This document shows positions 29,923 to 39,301 of a DNA stretch of 64,000 nt, one piece after another. Source of the DNA: Chloracidobacterium sp. N (GTDB lineage Bacteria; Acidobacteriota; Blastocatellia; Chloracidobacteriales; Chloracidobacteriaceae). The stretch lies in the NCBI RefSeq assembly GCF_018304765.1, contig NZ_CP072642.1, positions 1,515,819 to 1,579,818 on the forward strand, read 5' to 3'. The translations under genes were made by a program, and so were the position numbers. How positions within the stretch are numbered: the stretch's first letter is position 1; each line of letters begins with the position of its first letter. The notes under the pieces were generated by a model. It was not told the DNA's origin. It did no database searches and saw only the letters and a list, made by a program, of their open reading frames with translations.

Positions 29923-30507
29923 TCAACCGGCAGCGCCGAGCCAGAGTGCCATTCCTTTGGCGCACAGCAGCAGCACCAGCCCGGCCTGAATGCCGGCTAC
30001 GATGTCGTCGGCCATGATGCCCAACCCGCCCCGCAGGGCCTCAAACCGGCGGGCCGGATAGGGTTTGATGACATCGAACAGACGAAAGAGCAGAAACCCA
30101 CCCAGCGTCCACAGCTCAAAAGCCCACGCCCGGCCGGCCAGTTGCGGGACAAGCGGCAGAAAAAGATAGGTGATGAGCTGCCCGGCAAACTCATCCACCA
30201 CGACTTCATTCGGGTCCTTGGCCCCGAAAAAATGCTCGGCGCGTTCGGCCGCCCATCCACCGGAATAACTGACGACCACGGCAACCAGCAGCAGCCACAC
30301 CAGAGTGTCCAGGGCGAAGGGCTGAAACCATCCCAGCCTGCCGCCGGCATAGTAGAGCGCTGCCATTACAGCCGAGCCGGCCGTTCCGGGCGCCACGGGT
30401 GAAAACCCGGAGAACAACCCCGTAGCCCACACCAGCGCCACATAGTCGCCGGGTGTTCGGGGCGGGATACGCGGACGATCCTGGACAACAGCCTTGGTCA
30501 ACGGCAC
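29923..30507 (-). CDS. pgpA: Phosphatidylglycerophosphatase A
   Basis: GLFSGFSPVAPGTAGSAV PgpA signature; about 190 aa membrane protein. Confidence 0.7.
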   Translation of the reverse strand: MPLTKAVVQDRPRIPPRTPGDYVALVWATGLFSGFSPVAPGTAGSAVMAALYYAGGRLGWFQPFALDTLVWLLLVAVVVSYSGGWAAERAEHFFGAKDPNEVVVDEFAGQLITYLFLPLVPQLAGRAWAFELWTLGGFLLFRLFDVIKPYPARRFEALRGGLGIMADDIVAGIQAGLVLLLCAKGMALWLGAAG

Positions 30508-30510
30508 AGG

Positions 30511-31200
30511 TCACACTCCGGCCGGCCAACATGACCAGTGGGTATTGGGAGGCTGCATTGGACGATAGCGGGTGACATCCCCGGTGGCCAGCACCTCAGC
30601 AAGCTGACAAAACGTTTCGGAGGCACTGGGCAGGACTTCACTGCCCAGATCGGGATGGTGCCAGGCATCAAGCGTCAGCACTTCCGGCAGATCGGCTGGC
30701 ACCCGCGCCCGCCGTTCGGCTTCCGTGGACAGCAGTTCAGCCCGGTGCCCAGCAACCAGCCAGCGCAACAGCTCGTAATCCCGCCACCGCCGGCCGTAGG
30801 CAAGCGGACGGCTCTCCAGATCATAGAGCGGTGACTGATCCGGCAACGGCACCGACCGCCCCCGGATGCGCAGGGTGCGCGCCGTCCGGCGGACATACTG
30901 CCGGTCATCGAAGGTCGGACCTTCGTCGCCATCGGCCGTGGGAAACAGGTAATCCTCCGCCAGGACACCCGGCGGACGATGCAGGCTGCTGCCGTAAACA
31001 TGCAGGCAGTTGTCAATGGCCTCGTGTCCGGCGCCAAACTCGTGACACCCAAGGGTTTCGATGAGCAGGGCCCAGCGGGAATCATCCCGGTAGGCATGCA
31101 GCCGGGCGGCGGCCAGCCGGAAGCCCGGCGCATCCAGCATTGGAAAGGCCAGGCGTTCGGCGCAGGCATCGAGTTGGTCGAGAATGGCTTGTGTCGTCAC
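30511..31200 (-). CDS. Hypothetical protein (229 aa), GTG start overlapping the flotillin stop
   Basis: ORF with no recognisable motif; GTGA overlap with the upstream flotillin stop and a 3-nt gap to pgpA. Confidence 0.4.
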   Translation of the reverse strand: MTTQAILDQLDACAERLAFPMLDAPGFRLAAARLHAYRDDSRWALLIETLGCHEFGAGHEAIDNCLHVYGSSLHRPPGVLAEDYLFPTADGDEGPTFDDRQYVRRTARTLRIRGRSVPLPDQSPLYDLESRPLAYGRRWRDYELLRWLVAGHRAELLSTEAERRARVPADLPEVLTLDAWHHPDLGSEVLPSASETFCQLAEVLATGDVTRYRPMQPPNTHWSCWPAGV

Positions 31201-32804
31201 CCTTCTTTCGTTGCTGGCGGCTTCGCGGCCGGCGTCACCGCCGGACGCGGCAGGGCCTTTTCGGTTTTGCCGTTCGCTCCCGATTCCACTATTGAGCCAA
31301 GGTAGGCCGGCAGTTCCATACCGGCCTGGCGGGCAATTTCCTGGAGTGGCGGCAGGGCTGAAACAAAGTTGCGGATGAATTGGGAAGTGGCACTGCCATC
31401 GCCGTTGCCGCCATCCCAGACGGTGATCTTGTCAATCTTGAGGTTGGAAATGGCCTCCACCTGCTTGTCCACAATGGCTTCGAGCTTTTCAAGCAGCAGC
31501 AGCTTGGCGGCCGTGTTGGGATCGTTGCCGCAGGCGCGGATGATGTTGTGGTAGCCCTCGGCTTTGGCGAGCAGAAGCTGCTTCAGACCGTCGGCATCCG
31601 CCTTGTACTTGAGCAGAATGGCATCGGCTTCGCCTTGTGCAACGCGCCGGATGCGTTCGGCTTCGGCGTCGGCATCCACCTGCCGCTTGAGTTTTTCGAT
31701 TTCCTGGCGGACGAGTTCTTCTTTTTCCAGCAAAGCCGTCTCACGCTGGCGCTGCGCAATGAGGATTTCCCGCTCGGCATTGGCTTTGGCGACTTCCGCC
31801 CGCTGCTGCGCCATGGCTTGGCGCTCGGCCAGAGTGGCATTGGACTCAATGACGGTCGCGCGTGAGGCGTTTTCCTTGGCCGCTGTTTCGGCTTCCAACT
31901 CCGCAACCGAGATACGCTGCTGTGCCTCGGCGCGTTTGAGACCGACTTCGGCTTCGGCCCGCTCGGCCGCAATCTCGATGGTTTTCTTGCGGTTGGCCTG
32001 GGCTTCGGAAATGGCGGCTTCGGCTTCCAGTTGGGAGGTGGCAATCCGCATCTCCCGCTCGGCTTCTTTCTGCCCTTTTTCGGTCTCGGTGGTTTCGAGC
32101 GCCACCTGCACCGTACGCTCACGGACGGCCTTGGCCTCGCCTACGGCCCCAAACCGTTCCTGCTCGGCGACTTCAACGCGCGCCTTGTTGATGGCTTCGG
32201 CAGCCGATTTCTTGCCAATCGCCTCGATGTAACCGGACGCATCCGTAATGTCGCGGACGTTGACGTTGAGCAGTTCCAGTCCCAGCTTGTGCAGCTCAGC
32301 CGCCACGTTCTTGTTGACCTGCTGGAGAAACACTTCGCGGTCGCGGTTGATTTCCTCAATCGTCAGCGTCGCAATGACCAGCCGCAACTGCCCCAGGATG
32401 ATTTCCTGCGCCTGTTCCTTGATTTGGCGCTCATCCAACCCCAGAAGCCGCTCGGCGGCGTTGTTCATAATCCGCGGGTCGGTCGAGATGGCCACGGTGA
32501 AGGTGCTCGGCACATTGACGCGGATGTTCTGTTTCGAGAGCGCCCCTGTGAGGTTGATCTCGATCGGCATCGGCTGCAGGCTCAGGAACTGGTAATCCTG
32601 AATGACGGGGATGACAAAGGCCCCGCCGCCGTGAATGCAGCGCGCGCTGCGCCCGCCGCCAACCTTACCGTAAATGACCAGGATGCGGTTCGAGGGACAG
32701 CGTTTGTACTGACTGACAATGATGAACAGAAGAATGAGCAGGGCGACAACCGACGCAAAGATGATGCCCAGCAGCGCGGTGCTCATACCACCGATGTCCG
32801 GCAT
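31197..32804 (-). CDS. floT: Flotillin (SPFH/band-7 domain protein, FloT/YqiK-like)
   Basis: N-terminal TM helix, SPFH domain, then an extended Ala/Glu-rich coiled-coil (EA repeats). Confidence 0.8.
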   Translation of the reverse strand: MPDIGGMSTALLGIIFASVVALLILLFIIVSQYKRCPSNRILVIYGKVGGGRSARCIHGGGAFVIPVIQDYQFLSLQPMPIEINLTGALSKQNIRVNVPSTFTVAISTDPRIMNNAAERLLGLDERQIKEQAQEIILGQLRLVIATLTIEEINRDREVFLQQVNKNVAAELHKLGLELLNVNVRDITDASGYIEAIGKKSAAEAINKARVEVAEQERFGAVGEAKAVRERTVQVALETTETEKGQKEAEREMRIATSQLEAEAAISEAQANRKKTIEIAAERAEAEVGLKRAEAQQRISVAELEAETAAKENASRATVIESNATLAERQAMAQQRAEVAKANAEREILIAQRQRETALLEKEELVRQEIEKLKRQVDADAEAERIRRVAQGEADAILLKYKADADGLKQLLLAKAEGYHNIIRACGNDPNTAAKLLLLEKLEAIVDKQVEAISNLKIDKITVWDGGNGDGSATSQFIRNFVSALPPLQEIARQAGMELPAYLGSIVESGANGKTEKALPRPAVTPAAKPPATKEG

Positions 32805-32820
32805 GGCGTTACCTCTCCTT

Positions 32821-33543
32821 TCAGGTGGATGAAGTGGTTACGGAGTTGGAAGTCCGGTGGGAAGCCACCGGCACATCTGAAGCGGATGGGTGAGCGCCAG
32901 TTTCCGGCAGGGGGTCAAGCGCCTGCTCCGGCAAAACCCGAAGCACCCCCTGACCGGTATCAATCACAAAAACCCTTGTCCCGGTGGGAATCGCCGGGCC
33001 GTCGGTGATGGCTTCCAAGGTGGCCAGGCGTCCCTGGATTTCAATCTGAATCTGCCCGGTGCCACTTCCTTGGGCGGGAATCGTGAGATAGACCGTCCCA
33101 AACCGGCCAATGGCGTTAGCCGGTTGCAGCGTTCCGTCGGATTCCAGATGGCGGACCCGGCGCAGCAGCCACACGGCTGAAGTAAAGGTCATCACCCCGG
33201 CGCTGAGCGCCGTGACAAGCACCATCAGCGGCGACAGGCGGGTGAGTTGGAAGCAGATCACGCCACTCCAGCCCGTCACCATCAGTCCGACCAGGATCGC
33301 CTTGAGGCCGCCGCCAGCGCCGGAAGGGTCATCAGCACCAAAGATTGCCAAGTGGCCGTCCAGATGGCCGTCGAGACCATCGAGAAGCGTCCCGACGGTC
33401 AGCTTGAGGACCAGCAGCGTCGTCGAAAACAGCGCCAGCCCCCAGCAGAACATTTCCAGGGCCGAGCCAGAGAAAAGACCGGACATGGCGATACTCCACT
33501 GCCAAAAGAAAAAGCCGGACCGGAAAAGAAACGTTAGAGACAT
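32821..33543 (-). CDS. NfeD-family membrane protein (YqiJ-like) partner of flotillin
   Basis: Multi-TM N-terminus plus C-terminal OB-fold-like beta region; immediately upstream of flotillin, as in the canonical nfeD-SPFH operon. Confidence 0.65.
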   Translation of the reverse strand: MSLTFLFRSGFFFWQWSIAMSGLFSGSALEMFCWGLALFSTTLLVLKLTVGTLLDGLDGHLDGHLAIFGADDPSGAGGGLKAILVGLMVTGWSGVICFQLTRLSPLMVLVTALSAGVMTFTSAVWLLRRVRHLESDGTLQPANAIGRFGTVYLTIPAQGSGTGQIQIEIQGRLATLEAITDGPAIPTGTRVFVIDTGQGVLRVLPEQALDPLPETGAHPSASDVPVASHRTSNSVTTSST

Positions 33544-33649
33544 AACAGTAGTGGTTCCACGTCACCTCTGGCAAGCAACAAAACCGCCAGGGAGGGGACT
33601 CCCTGGCGGTCAGGCAGGTCAGACAACCGGCGGTTGCCGGAGACGGTCA

Positions 33650-36418
33650 CTAGGGCGTCAGCCGCACCGAACCCAGATAGGCATCCTTGCGGTCACTCGT
33701 GTTGTTGGCCCGGGTGTCCTGAAACACGTTGTAGGGCGCTGGTGGGGAGGCGGGCAGGACATTGTTGGCATTGGTCGAGCCGGTGAAAAACAGCACGCCC
33801 CGATTTTCCGACGCCGGCGCCACCAGATAGGGCGCAATGCCGAGCACCCGCTGGATCGGCTGCGCGCCGGTGGCAAAGGTGCGCCCGCCAACATTGACGA
33901 GGTTCTGAAGGGTCGCCGGCAGGTTTGTACCGCCTTCATTGACAGCCGAAATCCGGGCCAGAAAACCACGGCTGACCGGTATTGTCGAACTGGATGCCGG
34001 GTAAAGCAAGTCATTGGCAAAGTTGGGCAGTCCAGTACCGATACCCACCGGCGTAAAGGCCGTGGTGCCGTTGGAAATGCCACCGACATAGACTATCGAG
34101 TTGGTCGGCCCGGACTGCTCACTGGTGGCCAGCGCGTAGGCTTCGTCATCCCCGGTGGTTCCAAGGTAGCCGAAATACTGTACGGTGCGCGCAGTGTCGT
34201 TGCCGTCCCAGCTTATCTGGGTGACAAAGGCATCTATACCACCCTTGTTGGCCGTTGATAGCGATCCAGACAGGGGAACCCCAAAACCGGCAGTGGTCGA
34301 ATCGGTCAGACCGGCAACGTGGACAACATACCGTCCACCACTTACGCCGCGCCGACGGGCATAAATGCCCATGCCCCAGTCGTCGTTGTTCCCCCCAAGA
34401 TACATGGAAAACTCCCGCGAGGGTCCTGTATTGCCGGTGAACATCGCCACAAAGGCGTCAAAGTCCCCGTTCCGTGCTGCGCCGCTCACAGCACTGGTTA
34501 CGGAGTTGCTCCCCGCATCAATGAAGTCTGCCTCCGGGTCTGACCCCGTGATGCCGGTGACACCCACCCGTGGGCCACTACTGCTGAAGTCAGAGATACC
34601 AGTGACGGCGTCGTAGCCATTACCGCCAAAGTAGGTGACATACCGCCGCTGGGCAGCCGACGAGTTTAGTTCCGGGTTGAAACGCGCCACAAAACCATCG
34701 GCATCACCGCCGCCATAGGTGCTGTCAAATGAGGTGTTGGTAGGCAGATTGCCGTCGGTTTCCCCGCCCCACGCAAACTGAAATCCACCCCCTCCCTGTT
34801 CGGCCGCGCAGGCCCAGGCCAGATCATTGCCGGAACCGCCAAGGTAGGTGCTGTAGGCAATCGGGGAAGTGGGGGTACTGGTGATGTTGTCGGCCCCCAC
34901 ATCGAGGCAGAAGGGCAGCAGCATCGCAAAGGCATCCGTAAATCCCCCGCCAAAGGTGGATTGAAATGTCGTGGCGGAGCCGCTCCCCAACCCTGACCGG
35001 CCGGTGGGGAAATTCGTGCTGGTGGTGTACCCGACGAGCACAGGGCCGGTTGCCGGACGAAAATACGTACTATCAACTTGTTCCGTGGCATTCTGGTTGG
35101 CGTTGATGCTGACGCCGGTGCACACATCATCGCCGGTTCCGCCATAGATGACGACGGCGGACAGACCGTTCTCAGCGCCACGGTCATCGTAGGTGAAGTC
35201 CGGCTCACCTCCGTTGGTAAAGTCATTCCAGGGGGCAAAGCGGCTTGTCGGGCCGACACCGGGAATGTTGGCCGGCACGGTTCCATCAGCACGAAACTCA
35301 AATCGCGCCACGAAGATGTCCACATCCGGGACGGTGATCGGGTTATTGGCGTTGGGGCCGGAACCCACCGGCACCGGCAGCGACGGGCTGAAGGTCGTGC
35401 CGGCAATGAACACCGGAATGGTATCCGGTGATGAAAAGACGGTTGCCGCTGTGAGCGCATTCCGGTTGTAGATGCGCCCGACGGCGACGCCGACGGCTTC
35501 ATCATCCTGGTTGCCGCCGAAGTACGTCGAGTAAAACGGCAGCACCGGGTCAATGACCAGTGCCAGATTCCGGTCATAGGTTCCGATTTCAAACGCGACA
35601 TCGTTGCCGGTCAGGGTAAAGCGCCCCGGCACGATCCGGCGCTCCCCGGCAACTTCCTGGTAGAGCGTCGGCTTCTGCATCACCACCGTCTGCTGTCCGA
35701 CCAGACAGTGGAGATTGCCTTCCAGGTCCAGAGCCAGCCGGTCAGCGCCCTCGAAATGCAGGCGAATGGCGCTGGGATCGGCGCCGGGTGCCACCCGGAA
35801 GTCGTAGGTCAGCCGTTCATCTTTCGGGTAATAGACAAGGTCTATGCCGGGATAGACCTGATGATAGACCACCTCGCGGTAGAGCGGCACACGGCTGCGC
35901 CACTGTGAGCGGTCGCCCTTGCAGTACGACAAGGCAATGGGGCTGCGGACCATCCCTTCCGAAGCCGCCGGCGGCACAGGCCGTCCGGTTTCACGCTCAA
36001 CCGGCTGCATCCGCAGCGCGCGGTACACCGGACGCGATGCCGGCAGGGTCTTCCAACGCGGGTTTTCGGCCGCTTTGCCGGTCGGCCGCCACAGCGGCTC
36101 GCGCCCGGCTTCGACAAGCATGCAGGCTTCGGCGCGGTCAGTCAGAAAGACCGACCCGCCAAACATCTTGTAGCGTACCGGGCCGGCGTGCTGGCCCAGA
36201 TTTTCCTCAAACAGCAGGCGTCCACTCCGGGACGGGGCCGCCGCCGGAGCGGAAGGTGCCACCGGCCCGGTTCGTTTCAGCACGGGCCGGGACGGACGGG
36301 ACGCATCGCGGTCGGCACGGGCGACCAACGGCACACAGGTGAAGGCGATAAGTGGAGCTGTTGCTACGGCCAGCCACCGACGCAGGGGGGAGAGGCGTAA
36401 ATGTTTCATGGCTGTCAC
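33650..36418 (-). CDS. Large secreted SBBP-repeat beta-propeller protein (922 aa)
   Basis: Signal peptide; recurring YGG..DDxxxG / TDAF(A/V) units (DAFAMLL, DGFVARF, DAFVAMF, DAFVTQI) typical of SBBP repeats. Confidence 0.65.
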   Translation of the reverse strand: MTAMKHLRLSPLRRWLAVATAPLIAFTCVPLVARADRDASRPSRPVLKRTGPVAPSAPAAAPSRSGRLLFEENLGQHAGPVRYKMFGGSVFLTDRAEACMLVEAGREPLWRPTGKAAENPRWKTLPASRPVYRALRMQPVERETGRPVPPAASEGMVRSPIALSYCKGDRSQWRSRVPLYREVVYHQVYPGIDLVYYPKDERLTYDFRVAPGADPSAIRLHFEGADRLALDLEGNLHCLVGQQTVVMQKPTLYQEVAGERRIVPGRFTLTGNDVAFEIGTYDRNLALVIDPVLPFYSTYFGGNQDDEAVGVAVGRIYNRNALTAATVFSSPDTIPVFIAGTTFSPSLPVPVGSGPNANNPITVPDVDIFVARFEFRADGTVPANIPGVGPTSRFAPWNDFTNGGEPDFTYDDRGAENGLSAVVIYGGTGDDVCTGVSINANQNATEQVDSTYFRPATGPVLVGYTTSTNFPTGRSGLGSGSATTFQSTFGGGFTDAFAMLLPFCLDVGADNITSTPTSPIAYSTYLGGSGNDLAWACAAEQGGGGFQFAWGGETDGNLPTNTSFDSTYGGGDADGFVARFNPELNSSAAQRRYVTYFGGNGYDAVTGISDFSSSGPRVGVTGITGSDPEADFIDAGSNSVTSAVSGAARNGDFDAFVAMFTGNTGPSREFSMYLGGNNDDWGMGIYARRRGVSGGRYVVHVAGLTDSTTAGFGVPLSGSLSTANKGGIDAFVTQISWDGNDTARTVQYFGYLGTTGDDEAYALATSEQSGPTNSIVYVGGISNGTTAFTPVGIGTGLPNFANDLLYPASSSTIPVSRGFLARISAVNEGGTNLPATLQNLVNVGGRTFATGAQPIQRVLGIAPYLVAPASENRGVLFFTGSTNANNVLPASPPAPYNVFQDTRANNTSDRKDAYLGSVRLTP

Positions 36419-36626
36419 CTGATATCCTTCTGAAATGGTGGAATGCCAGCGAACCGCCTTTCGGCGGTCATCGGGCGGGGCTGTGAAGAGATAGTGGTTT
36501 AGAAGCGGCTATGCCACAGTTCATGCTCCCCCCTGCACAGTGGCAAATTCCAGTCTTTCAGGTAAGAAGCCACGCCACCGGACGACAGCCGGATGGCTTT
36601 CCGGGCTGGCTGACGGGCGTGACCGG

Positions 36627-37079
36627 CTAACGGTGGGCGCGGGCAGATAGAAAGTCTTCCAGCAGGATGGCAGCGGCAATGGCATCCTGCCGGGACTTCC
36701 ACCGTTCCCGTGGAATGCCCTGCTCGCGCAGCCAGTCTTCGGCGGCCACGGAGGTGAGCCGCTCATTCCAGGTGACGACCTCGACCGGCGTCGCCCGGCG
36801 CAGGGCTTCGACAAAAGCCAGAATCTGCGCCGTGGCCTGGTTGTCCGAGCCGTCCAGCCGGCGGGACAGCCCAACCACGCAGCGCACAATCTGTTCTTTC
36901 GTGATCAGCGCCGCCACGCGCGCCACGAGTGACTTCCGCGAGCCGGTCGGCCAGACGGCCAGCGGGCGCACCAGCAGCCCCAGTTCGTCACACACCGCCA
37001 GTCCGGTGCGCTTCCCGCCCCAGTCCACCGCCAGCGTTCTTTGTGAGGGCGGAAGCCCCAAGTCACGTTCTTCAGGCAT
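36627..37079 (-). CDS. ruvX: Putative Holliday-junction resolvase / pre-16S rRNA nuclease YqgF (RuvX)
   Basis: LAVDWGGKRTGLAV catalytic Asp motif near the N-terminus and the YqgF C-terminal region. Start placed at MPEE (37079), not the 216-aa ORF. Confidence 0.7.
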   Translation of the reverse strand: MPEERDLGLPPSQRTLAVDWGGKRTGLAVCDELGLLVRPLAVWPTGSRKSLVARVAALITKEQIVRCVVGLSRRLDGSDNQATAQILAFVEALRRATPVEVVTWNERLTSVAAEDWLREQGIPRERWKSRQDAIAAAILLEDFLSARAHR

Positions 37080-37276
37080 ACCAGAGGCGCCGACCGGGCC
37101 GGTCGGCAGGCTATCCGCAGGCATGGCGGGTCTCACCGGAAGACAGTCGGAAGCGGTTTTCGCTTCGGTGGCTGATTCTGACATAAATTGACACTCGCCG
37201 GCGGCCTCACTAGGCTTGCGCGTCCAAAAAAGCTTTCCCGAAAGCTTTGATTCCTGACACAAGGAGCAAACTGCCA

Positions 37277-37627
37277 ATGGACGCGGACTTTCTGTCCCAG
37301 CAGCGGGAAAAACTTCTACAGAAGCGTCGTGAGCTGCAACTGGCGCTTAACCTGACACCCCACGATGAAAGCAGCGAGGAGGTCAAGGACCCGCTTGACG
37401 CTGCTGTAACCTATGCCAACCGTGAACTGGCCGCGCGCCAGGCGGAGCAGTATCGCCAACTTCTCCAGGATGTGGAAGACGCCCTCGAACGCATTGCCGA
37501 CGGCACTTACGGCATCTGCCAGGGTTCGGGCGAAGAAATCCCGCGCAAACGCCTGGAGGCCATTCCCTGGGCGCGCTACACCGCCGCCTATCAGGAAAAA
37601 ATCGAGCGCGGGCTGGTCAGTGAATAG
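37277..37627 (+). CDS. dksA: DksA/TraR-family protein (non-zinc variant)
   Basis: Coiled-coil N-terminus and C-terminal DGTYGICQGSGEEIPRKRLEAIPWA region with Cys ligands partly replaced; AAGGAG 10 nt upstream of ATG 37277. Confidence 0.6.
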   Translation: MDADFLSQQREKLLQKRRELQLALNLTPHDESSEEVKDPLDAAVTYANRELAARQAEQYRQLLQDVEDALERIADGTYGICQGSGEEIPRKRLEAIPWARYTAAYQEKIERGLVSE

Positions 37628-37683
37628 GCCGTGTGCGTTGTTTCCGTGGTGCGCGTTGTTTCCGTGGATCGTTCGTCAACCCT

Positions 37684-38385
37684 ATGAGCCACGAGGCTTC
37701 CCGGTCAACAATTGCTGAAAACATTGCCAGGGTTCGGGAACGCCTGGCCGATGCCTGCCGGCGGGCCGGGCGAAGCCCTGACCAGGTGACGCTCATCGCC
37801 GTCTCGAAAACCAAACCGCTGGACGCCATTGCCGCCGCTGCCGCCTGTGGACTTCACGACTTTGGGGAAAACCGCGTTCAGGAAGCCCTGACGAAAATCC
37901 CCCACGCGCCGCCGCAACTCCGCTGGCACCTCATCGGCCACCTGCAAAGCAACAAGGCCAAACCGGCCGTGGAGCACTTCCACCTCATTCACACCGTGGA
38001 TTCACCGGCCCTGGCGCAACGGCTGGACCGGCTGGCACAGGAGCGACAGAAAACGCAACCGGTGCTGCTTCAGGTCAAGCTCGGAGACGAGGCGACAAAG
38101 GCTGGCGTGGAACCAGCGGCATTGCCGGCGCTGTATGCCGCTGTCCGGGACTTGCCCCATCTGCGGGTACGTGGATTGATGACCATTCCTCCGTTTTGCC
38201 CGGACCCGGAAGCCGTCCGTCCCTACTTTCGCCACCTGCGGGAACTGCGCGACGCTTTGCAAGCCGCATTCCCTTCCGATGACCTCCCGGAACTTTCCAT
38301 GGGAATGAGCCACGACTTCGAGGTGGCCGTTGAGGAAGGAGCCACCCTCATCCGGGTTGGGACGGCCATTTTTGGCGACCGCTGA
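37684..38385 (+). CDS. yggS: YggS-family pyridoxal-phosphate homeostasis protein
   Basis: IAVSKTKP, FGENRVQE, WHLIGHLQSNKAK motifs. Confidence 0.8.
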   Translation: MSHEASRSTIAENIARVRERLADACRRAGRSPDQVTLIAVSKTKPLDAIAAAAACGLHDFGENRVQEALTKIPHAPPQLRWHLIGHLQSNKAKPAVEHFHLIHTVDSPALAQRLDRLAQERQKTQPVLLQVKLGDEATKAGVEPAALPALYAAVRDLPHLRVRGLMTIPPFCPDPEAVRPYFRHLRELRDALQAAFPSDDLPELSMGMSHDFEVAVEEGATLIRVGTAIFGDR

Positions 38386-38457
38386 GTTTCCCTCCGTAGT
38401 TTCCCTGCCCCCGGCGGCTTTCTGCCCGGCAGCCCACACCGGAGAGCACCACACCGG

Positions 38458-39279
38458 TTACATCCGCCGGATAACAGCGTGCAGCAGTTGGGTGAAGTGG
38501 GCGGCAACCTGCTTGCCCACTTCAAGCACATCATCGTGATTGATGGGCCTTTCAAGGACACCGGCGGCCAGGTTTGTGATGCAGGAAATCCCCAGTACTC
38601 GCATTCCCATGTGCCGCGCCACGATGGTTTCGGGAACCGTGGACATGCCGACCGCGTGGGCGCCGAAGGCGCGAATCATCCGAATCTCGGCCGGTGTTTC
38701 GTAACTCGGCCCTAGCAGGGCGGCATACACCCCGGACCTGAGCGGAATGCCCAGCCGCGCGGCCTCCTCGCGGGCTATGGCCCGATAGGACGGATCGTAG
38801 GCTTCGGTCATGTCCGGGAAGCGCGGCCCGAAACGTTCGTCATTCAGCCCCTGAAGCGGATTAGCCGCCATGAGGTTGATGTGGTCCTCGATGAGCATCA
38901 GGTCCCCCGGCGCCAGGCTGGGGTCAATGCCTCCGGCCGCATTGGTCAGGATAAGTTTTTCAATGCCGAGCAGTTTGGCTACACGCAGGTAAAACGTCGC
39001 CTGTTGAAGCGTATAGCCCTCGTAGAAATGAAACCGCCCCTGCATTGCGGCGACACACTTGCCATCGCTGTAACCGCATACCTGCCGCCCATAGTGGCCC
39101 ACCACCGTCGAGGTGGGAAGGTGGGGAATCAGCCGGTAATCCACGTGGACGGGATGTTCGAGCGTGTCAGCAAAAGCCCCCAGCCCGGAACCGAGCACAA
39201 TCAGTATCTCCGGGACTTCCGGCAGCTTTGACCGAAGAAATTGGGCGGCTTCCAGGGCTTTTTCGTAGGTGTCTTTCAT
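38458..39279 (-). CDS. punA: Purine nucleoside phosphorylase (trimeric PNP-I type)
   Basis: ILIVLGSGLG phosphate-binding start and PNP family layout; 273 aa. Confidence 0.85.
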   Translation of the reverse strand: MKDTYEKALEAAQFLRSKLPEVPEILIVLGSGLGAFADTLEHPVHVDYRLIPHLPTSTVVGHYGRQVCGYSDGKCVAAMQGRFHFYEGYTLQQATFYLRVAKLLGIEKLILTNAAGGIDPSLAPGDLMLIEDHINLMAANPLQGLNDERFGPRFPDMTEAYDPSYRAIAREEAARLGIPLRSGVYAALLGPSYETPAEIRMIRAFGAHAVGMSTVPETIVARHMGMRVLGISCITNLAAGVLERPINHDDVLEVGKQVAAHFTQLLHAVIRRM

Positions 39280-39301
39280 GTGTGGTTTTTCTCAGTCGAA
39301 G

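Noticed and set aside
31380-33008. Several 160-325-aa plus-strand ORFs
   Set aside because: Antisense to flotillin/NfeD; Ala/Ser/Arg low complexity.
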